60,534 nt of DNA, from the IMG/VR virus record IMGVR_UViG_3300034072_002238, positions 1 through 60,534 of that record; one strand, 5' to 3'. Each line of letters opens with the position of its first letter. The stretch's first letter is position 1. The notes beneath the pieces were generated by a model. It made no database searches, was not told where the DNA came from, and saw nothing but the letters and a program-made list of their open reading frames with translations. Below, in pieces: positions 28,801-37,019 of this stretch. The position numbers and the translations under genes are program-made. This DNA is from a virus (lineage: Duplodnaviria; Caudoviricetes).

Positions 28801-31571
28801 TTCCTGAGCGGGATCTGGTAGACCTCGCCGGAACCGCTATCGACCACAACCGCTTCTTCGCCTTCGTAGCCGTCAACGCGACCCATGAACGGCTCGATCC
28901 CATCAGCGTCGATCCGGACCGTTGCGCCGACCTGCGGGCGACCACCTGCTGCTGGGGCTGCACCCGCTGCCGGCGCGCCTGGTGCAACTGGCGCAGGGAT
29001 CACATCGGCTGGCGCAGCGGCACCGCGCTCGGCGATCTGCTGCTCGGCATGCTGCACGGCGCGACCAATGGGGCCGCGTGGCGCCGCCGCTGCCGGTGCT
29101 GGATCAGGCTCTGCTGCAGGTTCAAGACTGCCGTCACGTGCTACGCGTCGATAGCCTTCCGGTACCGGCGCATCTGCACTCGTGGCGGTTTCGCGCTGCG
29201 GGCTGACCGCACCACCGGCGGCGCCCAGACCGCCGCCCATGACGCCGCCGCCGGCAATGCCGGATGCCACGGCCTCGCCGACACCTTCGGTCAGGTCCTG
29301 GTCTGGGTTGGCGTCGCGAACGCCGATGTTCTCGGCGACGGTTTGCGCTGCGCCCTGCGGCGCTTCTTCAAGCAGGCCTTCCGCGACCATGCCTCTTGCC
29401 GCGCCCGAAACCATGCGCTTGGCGACGCTGCCGCCAACGCCTTCAGCCAAAATCTTCGCAAGCGCACGGTCCCCCATGCCGCCGAACATGCCGGTAGCAA
29501 CGCCGGCAATAGCGAATGACTTCGTCGCGGCATCGTCGGAGAGGGCTGTCAAAGCTTCGTCTTCGGTCATCCCGCCCGCAACGAGGGCCTGAACCGTCTC
29601 TGTCTGCAGGAGTTGATCACGGGGAATGGCGGAGATGCGGTCGCGCACGGACTTAGCGGCGTCCGCACCCCCCAAGGTGCCCTCAAGTACGGCGCCGGCG
29701 ACCGTCGCTGTTCTCGCCGCCGCTGCTGCTGCTGCGCGCTCTGATCCAGTTGCAGCAAGGGTGCGAAGGTATGCGCCACGCGCCATCAATCCGCCGGGCG
29801 CCATTGTGACCACAGTGGCAGGAACGCTCTCGCCCACGGTCCGGAGATAGCTACGCGGGTCACGCCAGGCCGGGCCGAACCATCCACGTTCACTGTCCCA
29901 CCAGTTCTTGACGTCAGCGTCGGCCTGATCCGGACTGACCGACGCATTGGTCTGCGCCTTCGATGCATCGAGCCGCTGCTCAAGCGTCTGCCCCATGAAC
30001 CATCGGTCAATGTCATCCGATGCCTGCATGAGGGCCTTGCCGCCCGGCAGTTTGCTGAAAATCGTGTCAGACAGAGACATCAGCGATTGGCCAACGCCAA
30101 TGACGCCCGATTTCAGGATGCGCCCGGTATCTCCAGCCAAGCCGCCGGAGCGGTTTTCGTCTTCCCATTGCTGCTGGAACTGAGGCAACTCGGCCTCGTC
30201 GATCTCGACGTAGCGACCGGGGCTGTCGGCCTCCAACTCAGCGCGCCGCGCTTCGACATCACCGTTGTTGCGCTCATTGAACGCCCTGATCCGGTTCTGC
30301 TCGAACTGATCCGCAACCTGTGTCTGTTCCGCTTCCTTTGCGGCTTTCACTTCTGCCGCTTTGTCGGCGAACGGGTTGCCGCCGGCCATGAGCCCCATCG
30401 GGTCGCTGGCTGCAAAGCTGTCGTCGATCACGATTGTCTTGCCTGCGACCTGTGACGGGTTCGCTGTCTGGCTCTCGATTGCGGCTTGTGCTGGCGTTGG
30501 GCTGGCCGCGATTTCCTGAAACCACTGGGGCGCTCTGCCGAGGTTCTTGTTCGTCTTATCGTGCATGAACCAGGGGCGGCCGTCGCCCTGCTGGTCTTTC
30601 ATGTCGACGTGCAGCATGTCGGGGCTGTTGCTGTACGTGATGAACCGCTTCGCCCCGCGCGAAAGCAGAGACTGCACGAGCGTCTTGCGCTCCTGCTCGC
30701 TCATGCCCTTCATAGAGATATCGCTTGCCGTGCCGTGGGAATGCTCGCCCGGCTGCTGCTTCCTCGCTTCCACAGAATGCTGCGGGCTGCGGTAGCCGGA
30801 TAAGACGGTAAGTCCGCGGCCCAGGTCCTGCGATGCGCCCTCCAACACGCTGCGGAACGTCGGCTGAATTTCGTCCTGCCCCGGGTTCACGAAGGCAAGC
30901 GCACCAGCATTGCCGGTCATCGGCGCTGGCTCATCGGGTAGCAGGTCAGCGATACCCCGCCCCTTCGGCGCACGGACGGTCTTTTCCTCGGACTTGCCCG
31001 ATAGCACCGCCGCGAAAGGATCTCCGTCCAGCCCGATCTGGCCGGCCAGTTCGTTGTAGCTCGGCACACGCTTCTTCGTGTCAGGCCCAGTCTCGGCGCG
31101 GTAAAACAAATGCTCGCCGACTTCGGCGGTTTTCGGCATCTTCGACGCCCAGTCAGGGTTCACGGACTTGGCGTGGTAGTGATCGGCCTCGCCTGTGATG
31201 TCGGGCAACTCGCCGGCAAGAACGGCATCAAGGATCGATTCCGCCTTAGCGCGGATGGTCGGATCTTCCATGGCCTTGAGCGCCTGCGGGCCGGGCTTGG
31301 CGTAACCCGTGAACTGATCCGGCTCTCGAACCACGTCGGCCGGTGACTTGCCTCGGCGATCGGCCCGGTTCTTGATGACCTGGGCAACGGCGGTCATGCC
31401 CTGCTCGCCTTCGCCAGCCGCCTCGGCGATGATCGTCTTCACCAGGTCTGCGCGATCGACATCGGGCAACTGGGTGCGCGGCTTCGGAGGCTCTGCCGCT
31501 GCAGGCTTGCCGCCGTAGATGTTCAGAGGGTCATTCCAGGCAGTGTCGCCGAGACCGATGACGATGGGCAT
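22815..31571 (-). CDS. Giant polyvalent virion/ejection protein (cell-wall hydrolase, M15 peptidase, iPPase-like, JAB, PLxRFG)
   Basis: AEAAGE..AVAQVIKNR..QF..GEHLFY; SGYRS..H..G.A.DI..HVD; AGNYK.G..HYGY..DGDHVD..DEHKV; HNHP..S.AD; YFPLGRFG. Confidence 0.85.
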   Translation of the reverse strand: MPIVIGLGDTAWNDPLNIYGGKPAAAEPPKPRTQLPDVDRADLVKTIIAEAAGEGEQGMTAVAQVIKNRADRRGKSPADVVREPDQFTGYAKPGPQALKAMEDPTIRAKAESILDAVLAGELPDITGEADHYHAKSVNPDWASKMPKTAEVGEHLFYRAETGPDTKKRVPSYNELAGQIGLDGDPFAAVLSGKSEEKTVRAPKGRGIADLLPDEPAPMTGNAGALAFVNPGQDEIQPTFRSVLEGASQDLGRGLTVLSGYRSPQHSVEARKQQPGEHSHGTASDISMKGMSEQERKTLVQSLLSRGAKRFITYSNSPDMLHVDMKDQQGDGRPWFMHDKTNKNLGRAPQWFQEIAASPTPAQAAIESQTANPSQVAGKTIVIDDSFAASDPMGLMAGGNPFADKAAEVKAAKEAEQTQVADQFEQNRIRAFNERNNGDVEARRAELEADSPGRYVEIDEAELPQFQQQWEDENRSGGLAGDTGRILKSGVIGVGQSLMSLSDTIFSKLPGGKALMQASDDIDRWFMGQTLEQRLDASKAQTNASVSPDQADADVKNWWDSERGWFGPAWRDPRSYLRTVGESVPATVVTMAPGGLMARGAYLRTLAATGSERAAAAAAARTATVAGAVLEGTLGGADAAKSVRDRISAIPRDQLLQTETVQALVAGGMTEDEALTALSDDAATKSFAIAGVATGMFGGMGDRALAKILAEGVGGSVAKRMVSGAARGMVAEGLLEEAPQGAAQTVAENIGVRDANPDQDLTEGVGEAVASGIAGGGVMGGGLGAAGGAVSPQRETATSADAPVPEGYRRVARDGSLEPAAEPDPAPAAAAPRGPIGRAVQHAEQQIAERGAAAPADVIPAPVAPGAPAAGAAPAAGGRPQVGATVRIDADGIEPFMGRVDGYEGEEAVVVDSGSGEVYQIPLRNLTQIAKPMETIPDRGPQPINDTIPEFSTDPALEPMAPVGTEVRSEGLPPRSEQKEATERFPSAPTAGQSVIVDDENGGRFVATVQGYENGGTEALVRTEDGKDLQVPVSSLKVSKLTEKQVEAQDLERNPPVEREVGDAGPTSRTLLGKTIVLPDDKHARLFDLGKERQSSKRVMGTSQLDLDKVDPRALKALANEFGISEQAVGQLADDYATRMVRNVRSANSKLPQRMPPVMDNILARWRREVVDADTSPAADETQAWYDRELDYEGRRLAMISANIKRPPKTPWADLSAAMQRKLATVRSEKLAAAEAPTDEDSTEANSVESEARINGEINRYFNAEDDSVPIESLSQEAQDRINSMSKAERLKALETIAFEKGKYEAAELLDEETFRQIYGEGKPGKSAKKAPDAADAPAEQTVDDAANQAATSPTNDLPEPTPAQKEAGNYKVGRITLGGLDISIENPAGSERKGTDKDGKAWSVEMRSHYGYIRRTRGSDGDHVDVFVKPGTDTLEANSPVFIVDQESSDGEFDEHKVMLGFQTQDEAEKAYLANYTKGWELGPVTATRLDNFKDWLNRGWTDEPASNPFNDVFWSPPPTEDEGWRPKDEYGDDYLTETKEQIYKDLLTRISVPKFVEQLSTKRDGMGAAVIEPSGKLYLIRPTHNTNGDHAEFFARMGANKLIDKERGSFVRISSYDAYFGYSTGGDISQAAAATIRALETAAARAGINVLKPANDYKVIGTDKLVSETVMEPTAPAKPAVANEPAADTQPQILQPREKRPDGEAAVGTTSAFRRIPVPKRDAAAPIFTWARETVLERGLKTGNEFIMAIEDDGSVIEFGTTDQPNFVGLNTALAQAASNPDRRLVIVHNHPRNGPVSTADMSMMVLPGIYSVWAIGHNGRESRASLTDKARAALATDGSVHDLTMTMSRLQAAFKDVGNGLRFLLQSSVEAKTITAEQAQEAHHSIVAEVVRRAGIIDLINTQPYTISNIPMLENFIDKAALKLARTILDERRTTPPSDAGFYRPTEPLRHVAELGAVAQDAGIDVGELRGQGGLSEGSPGDYQATAQGRNARRLTGTRRISENSIVEAISGKWTDLNPSVLATVPLNYFVELARPNMTAVKEYMGVKRLMDAYRGDKHAEADAIAGDWLKYMRLGFGKANKAKAQELANLMHESTLAGIDPSLTDDETKAKAGYDILRKRYQALAPAGKELFAKVRDAYRAQADELDQILLDNVRKSQQIAKDQAETRYKQKLEEIRNAKMNPIDRRKAEEDAASRYKSESTKMDWSAKARLTKLRIQFESNRVPAPYFPLGRFGQYYVTAKDVDGSVISFSKFERAADRDRFARDIQRDYPGAAITKGVMKEMSDPRAAMDPRMVAEVEQLLGNAGVDNDVMGAVWARYIETLPELSMRKRYMHRKGTAGYDTDALRVFSSHMFHAAHQMAKLKYGLELQELVNTTFDQAEAADDQTRAMRLANELASRHKWVMNPTGGSVAQTMTSTAFVWFLAASPAAAVLNLTQTFMMGLPILGARFGGLGRASVEVAKASSDLISGKGSVRNANLTREEMAAVDAFYRSGMIDRTQSHDLAGVGDTGVKYSPLRARVMGVMSWAFHNTEVWNREATALAAYRLARKSGQSHLDAIDSAHDLTYRVHFDFSNSSRPRFMQNDFAKVALVFRSYSVNMLYRMFRDIHQSVKGESAQARREARYQLAGVTGMMTLMAGVTGTFGFNLMMAVAGMIFGDDDDPMEFEERFKADVLDILGPELGGVVLKGVPGHYLGVDLTSRIGMPDLWFRSPGQDLQGKEEWQFWLSQALGATAGIGEQWFRGASLVMEGDVARGIEVAAPKFIRDPMKAFRYANEGLQSIRGDELLPAEQIGIHGAVAQAMGISPAVVSETWERSGALKNAEQRVMDDRQRIVNAWAMAAIAGDKEGVAEALDRVKAFNKKPVHSAIPITGDTLKRSIKTRQRNAAKREDGVVIQNEILSQRLRAAMPARIY
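25580..25777 (-). CDS. candidate overprinted small gene inside the giant protein gene
   Basis: Same strand, different frame; AAGGA SD upstream; protein-like helical sequence. Confidence 0.35.
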   Translation of the reverse strand: MSAEQRRLLMPGFIDPPSPFDTLQSWEQWLKTLESMSENFVDKAAYLKEARETIKRLRKVETLGV

Positions 31572-31651
31572 GCGCGCAGGCTCCGTATGATCGGGGCCGC
31601 ACTCATGCGCGGGAACTCATCGGTTATAGAACTCGCAGGCGATTTAGGGAA
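31572..31651 (-). promoter_or_regulatory. Promoter and late-leader switch of giant protein gene
   Basis: TTCCCT-N17-TATAAC; 19-mer identical to 17656-17674. Confidence 0.65.
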
Positions 31652-31790
31652 GGTGGGGTGGAACGCGTCAGTTCACATCCCTGAGGATCGTCTACTGGGT
31701 CTTGACTGAGCAGTGAGGAGCAGTAGATGCAGTGGCGCGGCAGATATTGATAAACCTACTCCCGATCAGGCGGATGCTCGGCATTTTGGG

Positions 31791-32057
31791 ATGAAGCCAA
31801 TGACCAGAGGCCCCACTATCTCTGAATTCAAACTGCCAAAGATCGTTATTCGCTGCTACTCGTGCGACCGGCGCGGGGTCTACGACCGTGATCGGGCGAT
31901 CGAACGCCTTGGTCCAGACTATACCTTGGAACGTTTCATCCATGAGGTCAAAGCGACTTGCCGCGACCGTGTGAATGGCCACTGCGACGCCGGATGCGAT
32001 GACCTCGTGTCCATGTTCATCGCAGCGCCTTTCACGCCGGCCTACAAGGACCGATAA
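31791..32057 (+). CDS. small Cys-rich protein
   Basis: IRCYSCDRRGVY..ERLGPD..C..C; isolated on opposite strand. Confidence 0.55.
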   Translation: MKPMTRGPTISEFKLPKIVIRCYSCDRRGVYDRDRAIERLGPDYTLERFIHEVKATCRDRVNGHCDAGCDDLVSMFIAAPFTPAYKDR

Positions 32058-32098
32058 ATCAGCTTGTGGGCCGCGACGTCTTTTCCCCTAGCAGATGA

Positions 32099-32518
32099 TT
32101 ATTGGGGTGTCGGTGCCAGCAACCATTCCCTACCCTTGCCTTGGGTGGTGGAATACGCCTCGATGAGGCCACGCGTAATGTTTTCGATGCCGTAGGCTTC
32201 CATCTCTATGCCGGGATCTTTCTCGCCGATCTGATCGCACAAAAACTGCCAGACGTGCACGGCTTCGTGCACCAGCGTCATGAACACCTCAAGAGCGTCG
32301 CACTCAGCGCTGGGAAAGACGCAGACGATGATGACACCTTGGCCAGTGGTATGGTTTTTCATCCACTGAGTGTAGCCGGCGGCGTTAGTCGTCTTGGGCC
32401 ACGGCGAATCGGCTCTGAGCCGCTTCATTTCGCGATGCCAAGCAGCCTCGCTGGGGCAAAAGCCAATCGCGACCGGCTGCCAGCCGCGATTAACCCACAC
32501 AACGCGATCTTGCTTCAA
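32099..32518 (-). CDS. HExxH (zincin-like) protein
   Basis: LVHEAVH..E.EAY; TTG start overlapping upstream stop. Confidence 0.6.
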   Translation of the reverse strand: MKQDRVVWVNRGWQPVAIGFCPSEAAWHREMKRLRADSPWPKTTNAAGYTQWMKNHTTGQGVIIVCVFPSAECDALEVFMTLVHEAVHVWQFLCDQIGEKDPGIEMEAYGIENITRGLIEAYSTTQGKGREWLLAPTPQ

Positions 32519-32934
32519 ACCGCCACCCAGTCGATCGCCAGAAGATCGGTTTGGGATGCGAGCCACCCTGTCACTGTTGAACCATCTGCGGCGCGCATGC
32601 AGAGATGCGGCATGCGGGTCGACGTGCCCCTGTCGCCGTTCTCGAACAACGACGAGCGAACCCCACCGATGTAGCTCTGCACCGACTCGTTACCGAAATC
32701 GTGGCTGCCCTTTTCGAGCCAGAGATACATGCCCTTGCCCTTCCAGCCCTTGCGGGCGACCTTCTCGCCGTTCTTGAGGCGTTCAAGTGCGGCACCGAAA
32801 TTGAACGGCAGCGTGGTCATTTCGCTTTCGCCGGCCTCTTTCGGGCCTACGTTGCCACGGTCCAGCGCAGCGGGCAGAGCTTTGCCTTTAAGATCGCGCT
32901 TCCCCAAACGATAATCAAATTCGTCTCGTGCCAT
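32515..32934 (-). CDS. DUF2829-family protein
   Basis: FGAALERLK.G.KVARKGW.GKGM..GWLASQTDLLA.DW. Confidence 0.85.
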   Translation of the reverse strand: MARDEFDYRLGKRDLKGKALPAALDRGNVGPKEAGESEMTTLPFNFGAALERLKNGEKVARKGWKGKGMYLWLEKGSHDFGNESVQSYIGGVRSSLFENGDRGTSTRMPHLCMRAADGSTVTGWLASQTDLLAIDWVAV

Positions 32935-33120
32935 TGATGTATCTCCTGTTTAGCTGGAATGACGGGCAGGGACGGCCGGGCACCCCCAACCACGAATTTC
33001 GCCGCCTGCCCGATTGCTGCCCTAGTCGGCCCGCTCTCGCGGCGTCTGGCTACGGGGACTTCCGCAGACCCGTTACCCAACCACGGCGATTGAGCTGGCC
33101 GTCAGCTTGCCTGCCGCGCC

Positions 33121-33309
33121 TCAACGGGCGCGGGCCAGTTCCTCGATCTGCTCTTCGCAGATGCCTTCCGCCTTCACGACGACGACGCGCTGCGATGGCT
33201 CAAGATCAAACTCAAGCCGGGTTCGCCGGCCGCTCTTGTGTACGCATCGGATTGTCCCGACGCCGGGCAGCTCGATCTTCTGGCCTGGTTCAATGTCGTA
33301 TCGCAGCAT
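33121..33309 (-). CDS. CsrA/RsmA-fold-like small RNA-binding protein (divergent)
   Basis: MLRYDIEPGQKIELPGVGTIRCVHKSGRRTRLEFD fits the CsrA strand pattern ML......G..I.......V....G.Q.R.; follows scaffold gene. Confidence 0.55.
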   Translation of the reverse strand: MLRYDIEPGQKIELPGVGTIRCVHKSGRRTRLEFDLEPSQRVVVVKAEGICEEQIEELARAR

Positions 33310-33325
33310 CGACGGCTCTTTCCGG

Positions 33326-34315
33326 TCAGGATTGCGAGAGGTAGCGGTCTTGATCGGCCGGCGAGAGCCGTTTCAGGGCGGCTTCGTAAGCGACGCTGTC
33401 CTTATCCATCAGCCGGTCCAGATGCGCGAATTCGCCGCCGTCATCCGCGTCGGTAATGTCGCTTGCAGGGATGTGCGCCAGCGTCGGCGGCGGGGCAGGG
33501 CGCGCCTTATCCGACCTGACCGTGGGCTTCGGTGCCGGCGCAGGGGCCTGCTTGTCCTCGATCGGCAGCCCAAGCTCGGCCTGGATAGCCTTGTGGGCCT
33601 TGGCAAGGATTGCCGGGCTCAGCGGGTTGACTGCGGTGACCTGCAGTTCGCGCACCGTCTTGTCGAGCGCGTCGTAAAGAAATCCGCCCTTTTTGTACTG
33701 CGGATGGTCCTTGGTGAAGTTCTTGACCTCGTCGCGCCACGTTTCCAGGGCGGTTTCGCGCTGGGTTTCGATCCTGATCTCGCGCTTAAGCAGTTCCTCG
33801 CGCTGATCCTCGATTGCCTCGCGCTGCTCATTGAACTCCGTTGCCATCAGATCGCCGTCATCAAACTTTTTGGCGAGTTCGGCGAGCTGCTGCTTCAGCT
33901 CCGCTTTCTTTGTCGTGAGATCTTCCGCATCGAGCCATGCCGGGCGCTTTTCGTTGGCTTCGTCGGATGCGTCCTGGCCGGTTTGGTCAGCGCCAGCGGC
34001 CTCTGGTCCGGCGCCGGTTCCCTGGTCCGCTGCTGGTGCTTCTGCGGCGGCTGCGGCGGTGGCGGTGGCATCCGCGGCGAGTTTGGCCGCATCGGCGTCG
34101 TCTTGACCGTCGCCTTCTCCATCATCAGCGCCGTCAGTATCGCCGCCGTCCTTGTCGTCAGAACCACCATCTTCTGCGGTGGTGTCCTCGCCTTCGTCGG
34201 TTCCATCACCCTCACCCTCACCCTCATCTGCGTCGTCGTCGAGCAGCCCCTCGCGCTCTTCGTCCGTGAGAAGGGCCAGTTCGGCTTCGGTGAATTTGCT
34301 GCGCTCTGTGGTCAT
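33326..34315 (-). CDS. capsid scaffolding protein
   Basis: Acidic N-terminus, coiled coil, PPTL..P..LD.L C-terminus; after portal. Confidence 0.7.
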   Translation of the reverse strand: MTTERSKFTEAELALLTDEEREGLLDDDADEGEGEGDGTDEGEDTTAEDGGSDDKDGGDTDGADDGEGDGQDDADAAKLAADATATAAAAAEAPAADQGTGAGPEAAGADQTGQDASDEANEKRPAWLDAEDLTTKKAELKQQLAELAKKFDDGDLMATEFNEQREAIEDQREELLKREIRIETQRETALETWRDEVKNFTKDHPQYKKGGFLYDALDKTVRELQVTAVNPLSPAILAKAHKAIQAELGLPIEDKQAPAPAPKPTVRSDKARPAPPPTLAHIPASDITDADDGGEFAHLDRLMDKDSVAYEAALKRLSPADQDRYLSQS

Positions 34316-34324
34316 GTTGACCTC

Positions 34325-36550
34325 CTATCCTAGTCCGATGTTCTGTTGGGGTTGGGGTGCCTGCTGCGCCTGTGCCTGGGCAGCGGCGGCCTGCTGCTCT
34401 GCCGCAGCTTTGGCCTGCTCTTCGCCTTCCGTGCGCGAGACAAAGCCTGCCTCGTGCAGGAGATGGTCAGCTACGTCGGATACAACGGGCACCGCGGACA
34501 CGGTGCCGGCCGTCTCGACGGCGGTCTTCTGAGTTTCGACGCGGGTCTTGGCGGCCCTTGCTTGCGCTTCCTGCGCCTGGGCGTCCGACTTGCGGGCGTC
34601 GGCCATCAACTTCGCCAAGGCTGCCATGATCTGCTGCTGGTTCAGCGCGCTCATCTGATCAGCCTGAGCCTTGCGCGCCTGCTGATCGGGATCATCCTGC
34701 TCCGCATCGGGGTCAACCATGCCTGTGACCTGACGGATGCGCTTCACGAGCTCGTCGCGTTGCGGGATGTCCATCGATTCCACGATGAGATCGAGCGAGA
34801 TCATGACGAGCTGCGGCGCGACCGGCGCCAGCTTGCCGAGGAGGTCGAGCAGCTCGGCCACCTGCGCCTGACGGACGGACGCGCGCCAATCGTCTTCATC
34901 GATGATGAAATCAGCCTTGCTGCGGATGATATCGTTCTCCGGCAGACCGTCGTTGACCGTGACATACTCCGGAGAGCCCCGGCTGTTCGTGATCCGGAAT
35001 TGCTTCTCTTCGGTCATGAACTGCTCGACGAGCGACAGTGTCTTCTCGCCTCGCACCTGGTTCGCGAAGCGGAGATTGTCGAACAGCCCGGCTGTGGCGA
35101 GTGCGCCCTGCTCTTGGCGGGCGGAGATAGCAACGCCTGACACGGCGTTCGTTGATCTGCCAAGGTTCTCGTCGGTCACCCCGCCGACCTGTTGCACCAT
35201 CTGGATGTTCCGCGACATCATCTCGAGGTGATACTGCGACAGCTCGCGATCGACGTTGAGGGTGAGCGATGTGCCCGCCTTCTTCACAATCACCGCATCT
35301 GGACGCGCGGCTTCCTCGACAAGCTGGTTCACGTCTTCGACGGCGCCTTCATCCATGATGATCTTGTTCGTCGAGATGATGTGCAGCGCCTTGGATGCGC
35401 GCTTGTTGATGTCCGTCTGGATGTCCCGGATGTTGCGTACCAGGCCATACGGCATGTTGTCGCGAGCCCGGCGCTTGTTCCAGATCGGGGTGAACGGGTA
35501 GCGATTGTGCCGGTAAGGCGATTCCGACAGCCAGAGCAGACCGGCTGTGGTGAACAGCGCGACATACATCCGCATGACCGGCTTTTCGATCAGCGTCCCG
35601 TCGCCGCTGTCGATCGCATCGGCATGGCCGGCCGAATATTCGTCGAAGATCTCACCGGCGAACATCCCGCCGGCAATCTTCCTCGTCTTCACCGGGGCAC
35701 GGAACCACATTTCGAAGATGCGCAGGCGATCTCGGCGATACCCCGTGACGTGGTCGCTGCTGGTGCCGCTGTCGCTCCAGCCCTGGTTCTCCATCTCGGC
35801 CTGGTCCATGGCGTGGTCGCCAAAGGAATCGAGGCCCATCCAGTTCAGCTTGTGGTCAACGGAGCGCTCGATCAGGCTGCGGCGCTTGGGGAAGGTGGCG
35901 CAGGCAACGTCCTTGTCGACCCACTTGCTGCGACCGACATACCGCCCGTCCTCGATGTCGAGGCGTGTTGCGGTGCTGTCCCAGATCATGTTCCGCCACG
36001 ATTCGTAGCGGGTGTAGAGCGGCTCGCCCTCGTCGTCGCCTTGCCAGCCATCCTCAATCCAGCCAATACCGGCCTTGGTCGCGTCGGCGAAGCCTCTGGA
36101 AACCTCGAACGGCGTTCGGTTGACGTCGGAATGATACTTGAGAAGCTCCGACTTCCGCCGGGCAGGCTCGCCGTGCTCCTTGCGGCGCGGCAGAACCTTG
36201 AAATCCGTCCGGCTGCGCTTCTCCGATCCCAGCACCCAGTCAATCGTGGTGGCGATGACGTTGAACACCAAAGGCATCTGGCCGCGCGCTTTCAGCGTCT
36301 CGGCGTCTTCGGTGCTCCACTGGATGTTGTCGTAGAAGTCCTCGTCGATCGCCATTTCGATGCGATTGGGTGCCTGGCGGTCAATCTCACGCTGCCAGAG
36401 GTCGAGAAGGCGGAGATGCAGCCGCACGTTCTCGCCACTGTCGAGCGAGTTTCCGCGCTTGGGCCGCATCGGAGGGCTGTCACCGCCGGGTATCGGCGAT
36501 TCGTACTTCTTCTTGCGGACAGAGCCGTCATCTGAGCGGAGGTCAAACAA
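34325..36550 (-). CDS. portal protein (podovirus/P22-like)
   Basis: DFYD..QW..RGQ.PLVFN; PYGLVR...D.Q..INKR.S; LGR..NA.SG.AI..RQ.QG. Confidence 0.88.
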   Translation of the reverse strand: MFDLRSDDGSVRKKKYESPIPGGDSPPMRPKRGNSLDSGENVRLHLRLLDLWQREIDRQAPNRIEMAIDEDFYDNIQWSTEDAETLKARGQMPLVFNVIATTIDWVLGSEKRSRTDFKVLPRRKEHGEPARRKSELLKYHSDVNRTPFEVSRGFADATKAGIGWIEDGWQGDDEGEPLYTRYESWRNMIWDSTATRLDIEDGRYVGRSKWVDKDVACATFPKRRSLIERSVDHKLNWMGLDSFGDHAMDQAEMENQGWSDSGTSSDHVTGYRRDRLRIFEMWFRAPVKTRKIAGGMFAGEIFDEYSAGHADAIDSGDGTLIEKPVMRMYVALFTTAGLLWLSESPYRHNRYPFTPIWNKRRARDNMPYGLVRNIRDIQTDINKRASKALHIISTNKIIMDEGAVEDVNQLVEEAARPDAVIVKKAGTSLTLNVDRELSQYHLEMMSRNIQMVQQVGGVTDENLGRSTNAVSGVAISARQEQGALATAGLFDNLRFANQVRGEKTLSLVEQFMTEEKQFRITNSRGSPEYVTVNDGLPENDIIRSKADFIIDEDDWRASVRQAQVAELLDLLGKLAPVAPQLVMISLDLIVESMDIPQRDELVKRIRQVTGMVDPDAEQDDPDQQARKAQADQMSALNQQQIMAALAKLMADARKSDAQAQEAQARAAKTRVETQKTAVETAGTVSAVPVVSDVADHLLHEAGFVSRTEGEEQAKAAAEQQAAAAQAQAQQAPQPQQNIGLG

Positions 36551-36576
36551 AGCTGACCTCCTGCGGAGTTGGCGCG

Positions 36577-37005
36577 CTAGTGCTCCGTGATTTCTGTCTC
36601 ACCAACGATCTTCCCCGTCTGATTGTCGATCAGCACTGCCTCGGCAATGCTGATCCGGTCCTGCGGCTGGTACGGGGGGATGTGCAGAAGGTCGCCGAGC
36701 ATGTCGTGAATGAACGACGCAAGCCAAATTATGGTGCGGGGTTCCATCGATAGGCCGAGGACTTCTGCATATTTGAAAACAATGCGGGCGGTCTGCTCGG
36801 GGTCACCGACGTCTTCAGACCAGATCCAAGCCCGGTCCTGCGTAATGACGCAAGGACGCAGCCTATCGCTCTTTTCCCTGCCCGCGGGGATGAGCGCCAT
36901 GCACGGTTTGAACTGTCCATCCAACCGTACCCAAGTGCCAATAGCGGTAACGTCTCCGCGTGTTTTTGTCCATGCTCGAATTTCAAGGTCGAGATCTGGT
37001 GTCAT
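36577..37005 (-). CDS. hypothetical protein between terL and portal
   Basis: MTPDLDL start after GGAG; IHD.LGDL..PP. Confidence 0.65.
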   Translation of the reverse strand: MTPDLDLEIRAWTKTRGDVTAIGTWVRLDGQFKPCMALIPAGREKSDRLRPCVITQDRAWIWSEDVGDPEQTARIVFKYAEVLGLSMEPRTIIWLASFIHDMLGDLLHIPPYQPQDRISIAEAVLIDNQTGKIVGETEITEH

Positions 37006-37019
37006 CGGTGCTCTCCGGT

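Noticed and set aside
31661..31674. LexA box upstream of the small Cys-rich gene
   Set aside because: GAAC-N6-GTTC is inverted and does not match the direct-repeat GAAC-N7-GAAC box
34205..34225. CACCCT tandem repeat
   Set aside because: Simply encodes the EGEGEG low-complexity segment of the scaffold protein
36551..36576. Fifth late-leader switch before the portal gene
   Set aside because: A small CUCC-GCA-GGAG SD hairpin exists, but the GCGCANGA..GUGC motif is absent
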